Assembly (NCBI RefSeq): GCF_009914755.1
Contig: NC_060934.1
Length of the DNA: 64,000 nucleotides
Reading direction: 5' to 3' (one strand)
DNA from: the human T2T-CHM13v2.0 reference genome, Homo sapiens
The position numbers were made by a program, and so were the translations under genes. This document shows positions 18,276 through 34,209 of this stretch, in pieces. Positions within the stretch are counted from its first letter, which is position 1. Each line of letters opens with the position of its first letter. The notes beneath the pieces were generated by a model, which was not told where the DNA came from, searched no databases, and saw only the letters and a program-made list of their open reading frames with translations.

Positions 18276-21200
18276 TAACTTTTTAAAGGGTATACAATAT
18301 ACACAATTTATGAAATTTATTACATTTAGCCTTGTATTAAAGTTTTTTTTTTTTTTTAAACCTGCTTCTGTAAGCCCTGCTGTTGATTATAAGCTCTTAG
18401 AGGTTGGAAATCATGTACTATTGATTTTTTTTTTCCTTAAGTTCTAATTATCATGCATCTTCACCCTCTGACCCAGGAATACAATAAAGGATAACCCCTC
18501 CCCACCAGAACCTAAGTTGAAATTGCCAAACCACAAACACCAGCTTACTAAATATAATACTATGGTTTTACATCAAGTCTTTGCTGGAATAAACTTCCCT
18601 TGCTTTGATATGGAAATGTATTAACAAAAGCCAAAATTCTAAGATTTATTTCACTGTCAAAACTGCAAACTTAAAAAATGATTAATTAAAAGCGACTCAT
18701 GACTGAGAAAACACACTAAGCAATATAAAACAAGATACAAAAGCATTTCATAATATGTATGAAACCAACTACTTAAAAGAAAACTGCAAGGGGTGGGATA
18801 GGAGACACTTGAAAACACTAAAACATTAACACCGCCTTTGGATGAAAGAATTCTGGATGACTTTATTTCTGCTTTTTATACCCTTCTCACTGCCCCAAGT
18901 TTTAATATATCTTTGGCTAAAGAAAAAAAAAATTGTGGAAACAAATTAAAGGCAGGCACTTTTCCTTCCTATTTGACACACACAAGTTATATATGAAAAC
19001 ATCTTCCTTGTTAAAATTCAAACAATTTGGAAACAATATCCTCTTTAACTCTATCTGATCTGGCTTCTTTCCCTACCACTCCATCAAAAACTGCTCTAGC
19101 TAAGGTCAGTGGTAAGTTCTGTGCTGCCGGTCGCCATCACTGATCTCCACTCCTAATTGTACTTGACCTGGCAGCTAACCACTCCCTTCTTGGTGAAATT
19201 CTTTGCCTTGACCTCAGTGACATCATACATCAATTTTCTTTCCACTTTTCTGGTAGCAACTTCCTCATCTCCTTTGCCAGGTTTTCATCTTATACTTGAC
19301 CTTACAGTCGCATATCCCACATTTAAGGAGTAGAGTTATTTCCATCTCCTTGAGGATGGAATATCTACGTATATTATCTGGAATTCTCTCCGTGAGGATC
19401 TGTGTCTTCTCCCTTGTTTATTTATTTAGTCATTTATTCATATCAGTATGGACTTTGGATATTTGTTTGATGTTTGAATTATATTTTATTATATTAAATA
19501 ATGTTATAATATAGTAATTAATACTGCTCAAATTGTCCCAGTTTTGGTGTTTGGGAGCTCCTGTATCCCTCTGACATACCCTCATCACTTTGTTTTCTGG
19601 GCACTTGTTTACTCTTTTGCACTACAAGTTATCTCACCCAGCTCATCTCGTACATTCAGTGCCCCAGCTCTAGAAACATTCATTTCTCCAAGTAGCTCTA
19701 GTTCTTTTAACTGGATCGAAACCAATGTCTGTGGGGTACGTTCATTGCTATGAGGGTGCAGACCTATTTTTTAGACCTCATTATTGCCTATCCCTAATTC
19801 AGACACATCAAAACAGGCTAACTGGGAATATCCTTCATTATACTGCATAAAATGATGGACAAACTGAAAGATAACACTCTTCCTATATATAATTCATAAA
19901 AGCAGTCCAAATATAATAAAGATGATGCTCTTTCTTAGTTTTAGGCTATGTATTTTTCAAGTACATTTTCAATATGTAATTGCCAATATTTCAACAAGTT
20001 AGTGAAGTTAGTGAAAACACAAGATTTCCAATGTCAACCAGAAAAGGAGGAAAATTCAGAGCCAATATGTTTAAAATGGAAATGAATGCTATTCAAACAG
20101 CATATTTCCACTAAGGAAGTGATTAGATATTCTTAATGCTTACAGCCACAAATTTTTTCCAATAAAAACTAATGTGAAAAGAAAACTGGAATATTCAGGT
20201 TTTGGTGATCTACTATGTATAGCACTACAATGTACTAGATCAGAATAGAGTAATTCTGCTGCCAAATAGACAAAATCTCCTTTGGTGATGTTATAGAATT
20301 TAAAACAGGATAAAAATATTCTCATTTAGGCTAGCTGTAAGGAAAAAAAATCTAGGTGTTACTTATGACATAGTTTAAGAAAAGTCAAATAGCTTATCTA
20401 TCCAAGCAAGCCCCACACTTGATGTAGGTCCCACTATGGGAACAGGTACAGTGAAAGTAAAAATTATGTAAATACAGTAAGATTTTCCTGAAGAATCTTT
20501 GTTAAAATAGAAGGAATATTCCTAACCAAGGTCTGACATTTGTTCTTTTTCTTTTCTCAATGATTGCAACAATCTCTTTAATCAATCGGAAATTACATGC
20601 CTCTAAGGCTTTACGTTTAAATAAATCAAACAGGGTATTAAATTATCTTTAATATGAATCAGCATCACCATCACAAAATAATGAAACAATCCTCCATTTT
20701 ACTTCTTCTTGACTCATGACTTCCTTTTACATCAATAAATCAGAAGGCAAAAAAGACCTTTATCATGGTAATGAAACCCAAGTGCTATTTTGGGAAAATT
20801 GAGAGGCAGCTAGAAGAGAAGCTTCTGAAGAGAGATTTAATGGCACTGGAAGATGGAAGAAACAGGTTGGGGAACATCTTTTTGGCAAGAACAAGTTGTG
20901 ATGATTGTGCCACTGATCTCTGATAGGAAGTCCTTCTGCTTTGGAATCAGCATCTTTACCCCTGCCTGACACCAGAGAGCACACTGGCCCATCGGTACAA
21001 AGGCGGCCACCCTTTGTGCTAGACTTTAACTTTTGATTGCCTCCTCTTAAAAAAAAAAAAAGTTAATGGCAGCACAGTGCTGTGAACTTTTGTTATCCTG
21101 ATGCAACGCTGTTTTACTTTATAAAAACTTTATGCTGCCTTCCTTCAAAGCAGTCACCTCACTCTATTCTACTGCAAAACTCTGCCTCTGTCACAGTCCC

Positions 21201-22099
21201 CTCCATACTTTTCTCCCAACTCTGCTGAAAATCTGCTTACCAGCAAGCACAAGAAAATCAGTCTCATCATTTTGGTCACAAGATGTGATTCTTTGGCCCA
21301 TCACCTTTTCTTTCCTCCCCCTACTCCACTGGCCACCCACTCCACCCTCTGCTCCTCTTTCTCTCTCACTGGATCAGCTACTTGCCTCCCTGGCCTGAGA
21401 GCCCCATGCCATGCTGGTATTGAGCCACAGAGCTCAGGAAACAGTTTTTGGGGTCAGATGGAGACAAGCAATCCTTTGAGGGAAAGGTTGTGAGGGCAAA
21501 GCCAGAAGCAGGCTGCCTGACAGAAGTTCGTTCCCTCTTCTGCAGCCTGCCTGCTAGGGCCAGGTCCCACTCACCAATCACTGGAAATATCAGGAGGCAG
21601 CTCATGCTAGAAAGAACACACAGGCTCTTTAAACAGATAGGCCCTGCCTTGCCACTTCCTGGCTGTGTAACCAGTAGTGACCCTCTGAATTGCTGCTTCC
21701 TCATTTTAACATGGGGAAAATGATGACTACATTAATTATTCTGAGGACAAAAATGAGATTAATGTATGTGGAATATGGTAAAAGAACCCATAAAAGGTGT
21801 GCTATGATGCATCTTGGAAATCTACCTAAGGCTTTTTTGTCTACCCATTAGCACTTAAAATCATAGTCAAAGACATTCTTCTTTTTAAAAGGTGTTTTAC
21901 AGTCAAATTCCTTTTAGATTAAAAAAAAAAAAAGAAGAAGAAGAGAAACACCAGCTGACACTCTAGCATTTATGCTTAAAATTTTCAAACTCTTAGCCTT
22001 GAGAGTGATGAGTTTTTGATGTTTTTGAAAAAGACATGATTATTATCCCTGTTTCCAAGATTTTTATACACTAGAAGGGAACACAGTCAGGGTTGCCTA

Positions 22100-22300
<201 letters not shown>

Positions 22301-24651
22301 TTAGGAGAGTTTTTAAGAGAAAATGTTTGGGGTTCACACCTTGAGGTCAAAATCCTGAATGTTTAGAGTGATGTTATAGTTAAAAGGCATTTATAAAATG
22401 GACTCCTGAGTCACACCGCTCTGCTGTTTGACAAACCTCACTCCAAGGGTCACCAGTTGGGAGACCTAGGATGTTTTAGCTCAGGATGGAAGCCAGGTGA
22501 AAGAGGTGCACCACACCACAGAGAGGACCAGTTTTTCCTCCATCACACAACAGCTATGTTGAAATTCACCTCCACTGTCCCAAGAGTTACAAAGACACTC
22601 ACATGTTAGTGGTGACATTTAAATTGTTATTTGAAACTCAAAACCAAGCAAGCCCTCTGAGATTTATGTCATCAAATTAAAGCCTACAGATACTTATTCC
22701 TATGAACTGAGTATCAACTGTTTACAAGCAAGCCCTGCTTAACAGACAGTCACACACTAGGATTTAATAAGCCTTGAGTACTGAACACCTACAGCAGGTC
22801 ACGCTTAGTCACACCATGCTGAGTCTGCCTTTTTCCTGGATTCAGAAGTCACATCAGACCTGAAAATGCTGAAGTGTGATCATCAGGAACATCAGCTTAC
22901 ACTCTGTGAAATGAGCATGGTGCGCTGACGAGGAGAAATTGCTGCTTGAGAGACTTCCTGATAAACCATCCTGCACGAGCGACCCACCCTAGTGGCACCA
23001 GGTGGAACTTCTTGTACTCCACACATCCACTAGTAGACTAAGAGGCATCTTGTGGTCTCTTAAGTGCCGGACAATTTTCTTTCTCCCAAATGTAGTATCA
23101 TTGTTCCTAGTAGGGAAAGTATTTATTGGGCAGCTGTGGATAATCTGACCTACAAAAGGTAGGGCAAACTTTCTGAAATGAATACCGGTTCTGGAAAAAA
23201 ATATTTATCTGGAAGGCTGAAATTGCTTCACTATTGACACTGCAGTCAAAAGACATATTTCCTTAGAGTGTATCTTACCCCAAACTGGGTCCCAGATGCT
23301 ATATATGATCTGTATCTGAAGATAGTTAATAAGCTATTTAGTATTCTAGCTGGCAGTTTTAGTCAAATGGTTCTTAAGGGATATAGATTTTAGGAAGAAT
23401 GGGGAACTGTAGTTTTATAAGGCAAAGTTTTGAGAAAGAATAATCTTTATTATTTCCAAATGAAGAGGCATACACATAGGTATTTAAAATAGAATAACCT
23501 GTTACTGTTTTCCTTTTTTTCTCATTATAAAAATATAGACTTTCATTATAGATAATCTTAAATTTTTAACAATAAAGTCACTGTCCACAGCAAACTGATC
23601 AACAGCGTTGTTAGTCCTCTAGATCCATTCCATAATAGAAACAGAGTACAGATGTGCTAACATTGCCTACATGTTTTGGACAGCACGTATTGGCATCAAC
23701 AGGCAGTACTACTCGTCACAGCCATGAGTAGGCCTGGTTTCAGACACTGAATGCCCAGTCCTGCTGGAGGGACCCCCAAGAATACTCAGTCTCACCTCTC
23801 ACACTAAGATACCGCCCATGTAACGCCAGGGCATCGCTGATCCAGAATGGAGAATTTCCTTGCAGAAATGATCTGGTTCAGAGAAAGGTTAATTCTCTAA
23901 CTTCTGGGTTTCTCTGCAGATTGAACATCTTTTTCCATTTATACTTGTTTGTTATCTTACCACTACCTTATCCCGAATTTAGAGAGGAGGAAGAGGGAAG
24001 AGAACTGGATGAGGCACAAATACTTGAGACCATTTCTGCTAGTTAACCAAAGGATGGGTCTGTTATTCCAGATCACTCACAGTGGGGCAATGAGGGGATT
24101 CATTGCTTAGGTTTGAACAGATGAATGCAATCCATTAGTTTTATTTTTTTTTAAGTGGCTACAAAAAGGCTCAAAAGTTATCAAGTGTGTTAAGGCAAGT
24201 CCTTGGGATTTCAACAACCCCCACCTGTGTCCCTACTGATTCTTTTCAACCTACGCATGCACTGTTTTCCTCGAGCTGCACTATAGCTTGCTTATCCTTA
24301 TACAGTACAGGAATTAATATGTTCCCATGCTTTAAACAGATATGACACTGGATTAAACTAATTCAACAACAAATGCAAACTCTGCTGCTTCTCTAATATA
24401 ACCCTGTCTCCATTTCTCTCCCCACCAAATGATTTTAGAGAGGTGATTTTTTTCATCTTTTTGTGTTTAAGGAAAATGTTCAATCTTTATCCCATTCTTG
24501 GCATCTACTATAACGCAGTGGCATTCATTAGCACAATAAATACATATTTAAGCCATCCCCTTATACACCTAACAGGATACCAAAGAAAACCTCTGTAGAA
24601 CCTGGGTTTTATTTTTTAAACAAAAACAAGGCTCATAAGACATGCACACAC

Positions 24652-24808
24652 CTTTCGTCGTCCATTTCTAAGCTGGACTCACTCTCGGAGAGCTGTCGAC
24701 AGAGGGCTTCTCTTCTCTCCATCTCCCTCTGCAGCTTCCTCTGGAGCCTCAAGTTCTCTTCTCTCATGTGACGTTCCTCCTCCAGATACTGTGCCATTTT
24801 CTCTGAAT
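24652..24808 (-). CDS. CCDC6: CCDC6 coding exon 6 ([12 protein letters not shown]...SLEMDDER), 157 nt
   Basis: Lies within ORF 24633..24845; acceptor CTTTTCAG|ATT, donor AAG|GTGTGT. Confidence 0.96.
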
Positions 24809-24886
24809 CTGAAAAGTCAGAGTTTTCAATTAAACCATGTTTCATGCAATCATATCCAAATCTAAAAAAAAGGAGACTTCAGTTCA

Positions 24887-25234
<348 letters not shown>

Positions 25235-27414
25235 GATATCTGGTCTTTCTCATTCTCCCACACATAGATGAGATATGGATTTAAAGTTTATCTCAAGTAT
25301 AAAAGTTTACCAATTATTTGCATTTAGAAAAAAATATAAAAGGCAGTGTTGGCAGGTTAGGCATCGTCACTCCCACTCATTTGCATTCTAAAGTGCTTTA
25401 AGTAGAAGAGGAAATGGTGGAATTGGAGTCTACAAGTAGCCACTACAAGAGCTCTTCTCTACATTGCCAGAGCTGGGAAAGGAGGGAGGCCCAGATTCTG
25501 CCCATGGGCTCTGCTCTAGACACCAGTTTGGCTGCCTCTCAACTCCAGACACAGCAAGCCATCTAGGGGAGCCTGTGACACTTGTTGGCATTCCCGCTGT
25601 GCACAGTGGTGGCGGCACACCAAGAACCACTGTACTAGAACATGTGATAACAGTTAACATTCTTTTCACGAGAATAGACATTGACATAGTAAACTAGAAA
25701 ACTTCAGATTAATATTTCCAAGTCTAATTTGTGGTGTGTGTGTGGCTGTCTGTTACCCTGACTCACACACACGTAGCGGCAGAGGGCAGGTGAAGTCCTG
25801 TATATAGCTGGCACCTCTAGGGATGGCATCTTGCTTATGACAAATACCCCTTCCTCAGGAGCTCCCCCACAAATCCAGGTCTCTGCTACAGCACCCATCT
25901 CCCAGGACAGAGCTGACTAGCCCTGGCACTAGCTGTTGGACCCAGGCTGAGCCACTTAGACTACCTCTCCCAGGAATCTGAAATGGGGAACTGACATCTT
26001 TATGGGGATCCAGGGTCTGCTTCAGCTAAGTTCCCCGGAGCCATCAAAACTCTTGTCCTTCCAAGGTTATTCTTCACAGGATTCTGTGGCATACTCCACA
26101 ACCTTCCAAAAAAAGAAAAACACGTCTTCCTTCCTCTTTTGACAACCTCCCCACCGCCCCCATTCCTTTCTGGTTTATCTCACACAGAATCTGCTACCAA
26201 GTAACCAGAATTATCTAATACAAAATGTGGTGTCTACCCATCTTCTTGCTTCATTTCTTTTCCTTGTCTTTGTCAATGAACTTGGGAAAAGTAAAATCTC
26301 CATATACTTCTCTTTTCTGAAAAGCAGCTACAAATTCAGTGGCCATGAGCACGTCTAAGAGAGTTTCCTGTAGGCTGCTGTTCCATATTGTCAGTTCGGT
26401 CCAAATTTAGGGAAGAAGGAGGGAGCTGAATGCCACAATGAGCATTTTTCTCCCACAGACTGACCCTATTTCAACTCTCAATGCCCATCAAATTAGTTTC
26501 AGTTTTAAGCAACTCTACAAAGGTCTGGCATTTTAGCCAATAAAGACTTCTGATAAGTATTCAATGATTTCCAAGACAGCATCATTACAGATATACAAAA
26601 GCTCTTGAATATCCTTATTTTAGAAATTCAAATAAAAATACCAAAATTATTAAACACTATTACGTGCACTAAACACTAAATCCCTTGGCTGTTTCAACAT
26701 AGCCAGAAACCCCGCTGTCTAATCCAGACACAAAAATCTCTTTAATTGAAGGCATGCTGGGAAAATATTTACAAAGTACACTTTTAATATAAACGATTTA
26801 AATTATTTGATCCCAAATATGCAAGCATGCAGAATTTTTCACTTGGCTCTACAGGAAACAAAAGATTGACCCCTTGGAGTATTTGCTGTTTCTAGAACTA
26901 GAAGGGTGACTGTCAGAGCAAGCTGACTTTCTTTTCCATAATAGGACTCTTATAATGCCTTTTACAGGAAGGGTGCTGGAGACTACCATGAAATCCTTTG
27001 CAGAATTAACATTAGTGAGGCTCCAAGAACAATAACTTCAGAGAACATTGTCTTTCAAAGAAAAAATGGCAATCCTTTAGCATCGGGGAACTCAGCAGGG
27101 GGATCCTTAAACAATATATCTATAGATAAGAATGTCCCCTGCAGTGATCGGCTGGGAAGACTTCCTGGCAGTTCAGCAATTGACCTAGAAGACAGAGGCA
27201 CAGAGAAGGCACCAGGTCCAACACCTCTGGGTGTCACTGACTCACACACAGAAGGCTGTCACCAGAGCATTCCTTGGCTGCCCCCTGCTGGCACACAGCC
27301 TCACCTGACCAGATTTGTTCCTATGAGTCCTCCTCCTTCCTCTTGCACACAGAACTCCCTAGTACTTAGGGGCCACAGCTTATATTTCCCCAGGTCTACA
27401 GCCATCTCCCAATA

Positions 27415-27615
27415 TAGTAGGCCCTCACTTAACATCATCCACAGATCCTTGGAAACTGTGACTTTAAGTGAAACAACATATGTATGCCATAGGAACTTAA
27501 CTCTTGTTTGTATCAGTTAGCCTACGGTAAAATTGGTTTGGTTATACAGAAAGTTGTTTCACTTAAAGTCTCAGTTTCCAAGAACCCAAGGATGATGTGA
27601 AGTAAGGACTTACTG
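27415..27615. mobile_element. MER6B-like Tigger-family MITE with long terminal inverted repeats
   Basis: Ends agtaggccctcacttaacatcatc...gatgatgtgaagtaaggacttactg, TA flanks; right half matches the end of the 36180-36999 element. Confidence 0.75.
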
Positions 27616-28470
27616 TATTTTAGTCAAAGATGGTGTGAACTGCGGATGACTTCCACACAGATTCCAAAGAGGTGGCTCCCAAATGATCCAAAGATCTGCA
27701 TGGCTTGCATTCCCTTCCAAGTTCACAGTTAGAAAATACCAGTGCCCAGACTATACCCCAAGCCAATTCAGTCAGAATTCCAAGGATGAGTCCTAGCCAC
27801 TGGTCTATTAAAAGCTGGCCAGGCGATGCCAACGTTCAAACATTGCTGAGAACTGTTGAGAGAGAGGTTCAAGTTCAGATGCAGTCAAGCTTGGAGGGTG
27901 AGGAGCCACCTGCCATAGCTGCATCCAAAAGAGGCCCAGGTCATCTAACCTAAGGAGAATGCAAGGAATGGATGATGAAAAGTCACTAACACATCCTTTA
28001 GGCCCAATCCAATCACTGCAAGCAGCTAAGTGCCACTGCTGCTTCTTTAGTTCAGCTTTCTCTGTCCTCACAAAATCAGAAATAGCACTTACAAATGCCT
28101 CTGTTAGTATCTGCAGTCTCTTCAGACTAAACAGTGCAGTATGGAGATAGTAGTAAGCATACATTCTCCCCAAATTCCTTCTGAAATTTTTGCTAGGGGC
28201 ACGATGGAGCAGTATAAAGGAGGAGGAAAAATGCAAACTGACAGCACGGGAAAAAGTTCAGGAAGGTGCTGAAAGATGTTTGTGTACTCACATGGTAAAA
28301 ACTCAAAAATCTTAAAATAACTAATATTTGAGAACTATTTGATATATCTCATTTGATTTCCACCAAACACACATAGTAATTAACAACCTGAGGTCCACAT
28401 CAGGATTACTTATATATATATTTTTTTAATATGCTCCTTTTTTACTCCATGGAGTAAGCCCAGAAACCTG

Positions 28471-28943
28471 TATGGTGCTAGAATAGTGATTCCCTAAAGA
28501 TGTCCACATGCTAATCCCCAAAACCTATAAATGCTACTAACCTCACTTGACAGAAGGGCCTTTGCAGAAGTGATTAAGTTAAGGGGCTTGAGATGGGTAG
28601 ATTATCCTAGATTATCACAGTGGGCCCAACATAATCACAAGGATCCTAATAAAGGGAGGCAGGGGAATCAGAGTGAAAAGAAGATGTAACAACAGAGGCA
28701 GAGGTGGGGTGGTACGACTGCAAGGAAGGGGCCACAAGCCAGGGAATCCAGGCAGCCTCTAGAGCTGGAAAAGGCGAGGAAACAGAGGCTCCCCAACAAC
28801 CTCCAGAAGGATGGCTGCCCTGATGACACCCTGATTTTAGCCTAGTGAGTCCCATCTTAGAACTGTAAGATGGTTAAGTTTGTATTGTTTTGAGCCTCTA
28901 GGTTTGTGGTAATTTGTAATAGCAGAAATAGGAAAGTACTACA
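28471..28943 (+). mobile_element. MLT1 (MLT1D-like) MaLR solo LTR
   Basis: Hallmarks ctttgcagaagtgattaagttaagg, gcagcctctagagctggaaaaggc and end ggtaatttgtaatagcagaaatagga. Confidence 0.82.
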
Positions 28944-29357
28944 CCATATTTCTCAAAGGCTCCAAGGATGATACTGATACACCATCCCAGATGCTCCACG
29001 GCACAAGAATTTGTAAGGAACTTCAGAGACGAAAACAAAGGTAGGAACCACTGAACTTTTTAAAATGCACATTCCATGTGGCCCAACAAATCCACTTCCT
29101 GGAATCTATCCTGAAGGTGTTCCTGCACAGGTATCAAACACGTGTATAGAGATGTTCATTGCGGTTGTAGCATAGCAACCAAAAAGGGTCCACTGGTATG
29201 GGACTAGTTGAATTATGGCATATTCATACAATCAAATACTATGCAGCCTTTAAATAAGGGATGAAGGCAGCTTTGTATGTATCAGCAGGGGAGAAAACTA
29301 CAATGCATAGTAAGCGAAAAGAGAAAGGTGTAAATGAGTGTGCTCATTGTGTTACTA

Positions 29358-29627
29358 CAGCTGTCCCTCAGAACCTGTGAATCCCAAGTATACCAATATG
29401 TGTGCATACTCAGGTCCTGTAGTCAGCCCTGAGGAACCCACAGATAGGAAAAGTCAGCCTTCCACATGTACAGGTTTGACATCCCATGAATACTGTATTT
29501 TCCATCCATCTTTGGTTGTGGATGCAGAACCTCCAGATACGAAGGGACAACTGTATTTATTGAAAAAAAAATCCACAATATAAGTAAACTAGCACAGTTC
29601 AAACCCGTGTTGTTCAAGGGTCAACTG
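29358..29627. mobile_element. MER8/Tigger2-derived MITE nested in an old L1M fragment (~29090-29790)
   Basis: TA-cagctgtccctc ... aagggtcaactg-TA termini. Confidence 0.72.
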
Positions 29628-30358
29628 TATGTGTATAAATAAGTTTATATACAAATATATCTGGAAGAATATAGTACAAATGTATAATTGTGGGAACAGG
29701 GTAGCTAGAGAATAGGAATGAGAGAAAGACCCATTTTTTCACTGCATACCTTTCACTGAATTATCTGTTCAAAAAAATAAATTTGAATAGCCAAAAAAAA
29801 AAAAAAAAAAACCACAAATAGGAGAGACCCAAGAAACTACACAGGGACATAATCAAATATTCAGAAATCTAGTCCTTTGATTTTTCAACTCAACATCTTG
29901 GCCTCTTCCAAAATATTAAGTATAAATTTCAAAAGCATTTACTCTTCAAATAGCATGAACAAATGTCAGCTAAGGTTGAATGTAGTAGTAAGGAAGGTAA
30001 ACACTACTCTCTGCCTTAATATTTTGAAAGTGCTTTGAGGTCTGCTGCAATATTTTTGTTAGCACAATCCTAGAGATAAACATGGCAGAGAAGATTAAAA
30101 ATGTTACTTGTGATCCTGGATGTTCCTGAAATTACTTTAATTATTTTCTGGAAGTATTCTAAATGGTTTTGTTCTCCCCTACTATAACACTCAAAAAAAA
30201 AAAAAATTCCATTCCAGGATGATGAACTTAAGTAAACATGCATCAGTAATATATGAATTTAATTACTGCAAATTCAACAGTAATTAAATGTTGGTAATAC
30301 CCTATATTTGGTAAAGTTATTAATTCTACAGGCATGAAACTAGTGAAACCAGAGGCTA

Positions 30359-30526
<168 letters not shown>

Positions 30527-32328
30527 TCATTGAAAAGAAAAATTCCAACAATGACTAACAGTTTTCCTTGAAAAGACAAAACAACATACTAGCTGGCAGG
30601 TTTGTTTTAAAAGCAAACTCCTGTTTACTGCCAGAATTCACAGGGTTGCTTAATTCCTCTGCCCATTTTACATCAAACTTCTGCCCTTACGTGGTGTCTC
30701 ACTTCAAAGGGCAGAGCTGATTCTAATCTCCCTTTTTCCTTTTAAATGACTATTAAATGTTTTAAATTAAACAATACTGAAAAGTCTTTATTTAACAACA
30801 GGATCTGATAATTATGCCTGGAATACAGTATGCACTTAGAAATACCTGCTGACTCAATGTTCAACTTCTTGGGTTTAGTGCATGAAGATGCTGAGGAAAT
30901 TCCATTTTCTTACGGCTTTTGATTGAAGCTTCTAAGCTACTATGAATCTCCTTGGAGGGTAAAGTAACACAGAGACTCAACTTCTAAAATTCCCTCCTGC
31001 AAAACTAATTGCAAGGGCATGGCAAACTGGACTAGCGGCCCTTTGCTTTTGGCCACAGCAAAGGTAAAAAGTTAAAAACAAAACCAAAATTGTTAGGTTA
31101 ATAATTAGTAGTGCCACCTTCTTTACCAATTATTTTTATGTTGAAGGATATAAAATACTGATATTCAATAGCTCTGACCTACAAAATGCAAACTTCCATA
31201 CTGTTCAACCCAATAATTTGGCACTAATACATGTAAAACCTCCAACTGCCTTTTACAAAGTCTTCCTTTGGCAGCAGATCTCTAAATCCCTTTCCATAGC
31301 TGCTGGGGTTTTTGTTTTGTTTTTGCTTTGTACCTTTGAGTTTGTCCAGGAGCAAACTGAGTTACCTCCATCCAGGTCTACCCTTGAGAAAACTAGTGTG
31401 TTAAATATTATAATGGTCCCTGCATTTATTACATAAAATGACTTTTCGTAATTCAACTTATTAGTACTGCTACAATAATACCTATCAGTAAAGCATAGTG
31501 GATATGATTATAACAAGTATTTCTTATAGATATAGCTCTAATTTTCACTTTTCTTAAAGCTATGTGGTATGCCTGTATTTTGCAAATGTAGACATGAACT
31601 CAAAACAATTACAAATATGCATCCAAACCAAATACTTAAGGAGGAAGGGCTCTGGGTAGCAAACAAAAGATCTTGGTGAAGTAGATTAATGACCATTTTT
31701 AAGAAACTCACTTTTTACACCCGTACACACATTCCACATACAGAATCTTCTTCCCATTCTTACAAGCCCTGCCTCACACACTCCAAAGTACTCAGTGCTT
31801 GAAAATAAGGGCTTAACTATCTTGCACAAAGAGGTTTAAGAAATGTTTGCTGTTGAGTGACATTCCACTTCCAAGTACATACATTTTATATAAAGAATCC
31901 TAGCCTTAAGTATGTAAAGGTATTTCTTTACAGTAGGTTTTAAAACAATTTTATTATTAAAATCTCAGGCTTCCTAAAGAAGTAAATTCCAGAGATGTAT
32001 AAATAATAGTACGCAGTATACCCTATGTACTTTACAAAACAACTGAGGAAGCCAGTTCAATAAGGTGGAAAGTTGAAATTGCAACCATTCTTGAAAATAC
32101 TTTAAAGGTGAACAATAGCAGCATGACTAATTCTCTCATAGCCTTGTAACACCAAATGAAAAGAAATTCTACTGGGACAGTATGATAGCAAAGAATAAAG
32201 AGGTGCCCAACATGGGAATAGTTCAGAAGGCTTTCAACATTTTTTTTCCTTTGGCCAATTAAAATGATGTGCATCACCAAAGAATTAAGGTGTCCTACTG
32301 CTATTCCTCAGTCACACCCAGAGCAGCA

Positions 32329-32352
32329 ACACACACACACACACACACACAC
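32329..32352. repeat. (AC)12 microsatellite, i.e. (GU)12 in the pre-mRNA
   Basis: Directly visible in the sequence. Confidence 0.95.
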
Positions 32353-32373
32353 CCATACTGAACAGCAAGACTA

Positions 32374-32484
<111 letters not shown>

Positions 32485-34209
32485 CTAAAGGAAGGAAAAA
32501 AGTGTTACCAAAGTGTCAGGCCACTTATACTTTGTTAATACATTTTTTGATTGAACAATTAGGACCCCTTTTCTTGGAGAATACTGCAAACATGTGGCCA
32601 ATTTTCTGGCACAAACATATTAAGTGCATCTAGTTCTTAAACTTTGAAAAAAACTAGATAGGTTCATTCTTGGATGTTAATGCTTAATTGTTGTCTGGTA
32701 CATGAAATGCATTGCTTGTTTCAGCATTTATTCAAGGCAAGTGGAAAGTCCTCCTTAGAGAGGTCTTTAGGGGAGTTCGGTGTACTAGTCATATCAGGAC
32801 TTTTCTGGGCTTGTCCCTTACAGTTCTGGGCTTACAGTTATTCTTCCGGGCTTGTCCCTTACAGTAAGTCAGAAAGGTTATATTACTATTCATATAAATA
32901 ACTCTTAAAAGCTCCCAAACACTCTACATACTGGCTAATGGAGATAAATAAACATGTACTAAGATATAAAAACACGCACAAAATATGATAAACACCAAAT
33001 CCACAATACTGGTTACTCTAGGTTACTCTAAGGATTTAGGGAAGGAAGAAAATTTGATTTGGGGGAGGCTTTGCAGTTGCGGAGGGAACCCCAACAGTGT
33101 TCTATTTCAATGAAGCAAACATGGGAAAATTCAATTAATCAATATTGAGCAATATGTAATAAATACTGAGAACAATGACTGGATAATGGGGGCATAGCAG
33201 TGAATCAAGGAGTCAGGAATTTCTGCCCTCATGGATCTTCCTTTTAGTGGGGGTCAAGACAGTAAATGAAACAATTATATACTTGTGAAACAGTATGAAA
33301 CAGATATGTAGAAAAAGAGGGCTGGTAAGAGAGACTGAAAGTGCAAGAGGTTTCATAGCAATGAGTAGAGGACATGTATTCTATCATTCTCCGTACTTGA
33401 CATATTAAATAATTAAAAATTTTTTCTTAATGCAAAGAGCCTATGCTACTGCTTCCATGTTATTTCTTCAACCAGTGGCAATTCACCTTTCAATGGTTGA
33501 GTCAACAAATTATTCTTGATTGCACAAAGATGTTAATAGATTCCACATTTCCTTAGTGGGTCACAGAGGCAAGCTCCTCATCCAAAGATCCCGTGTGTAT
33601 ACATAAGGCAGAACCAAAAACATGAATAAAATGTAGTCTTTTAAAGCAATCAAACATCAGAAAATAATATCCAAAGTGCGGTTTTACTTTTACAGCCAAA
33701 TGACATTCCCCTTTCTGAAACTCTTCGTAGCTTAGTCTTAAGAAGCAACAATCTCAACCTCCCGAGATGGTTAGTACTACCAACACCACCCAAGGTCCTT
33801 AAGGAGCTCACAGAGAGCAAAAGACTTGCCCATATTCACACAGGAGCACAGGACAGCCAATGAAGGTGAGCAGCTACTTGTTCCACATCTGAGCCAGAAT
33901 GAATATGCATAAAATCAGCTGCCTCAGAACCTGAACAATCAAGACCTGAGAGGAAATGATATAAGGATAATGATATCATTATGTTCTAAGTTTAGAGAAA
34001 AAAAGGAGGTCTCAAACAGATGGGAAAAACTCTCCTGTGACGACACAGCTCTAGGCTTTTCTTTTCTCCTCTCAAAGCCATAAAAATAGCTGTAGAAACA
34101 ACTGGCCATTTGAATATTTAAAATATTTCCTACAAACAGGTACAGTCACAAAACAGCAGCCAATGCATTGGGGGGAGACTCCTGTAATTACACTTCTGTC
34201 TTATGATCA

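Noticed and set aside
22984-23008. Possible CTCF site (ccaccctagtggcaccaggtgg)
   Set aside because: Two core mismatches in either orientation; not supportable without ChIP data.
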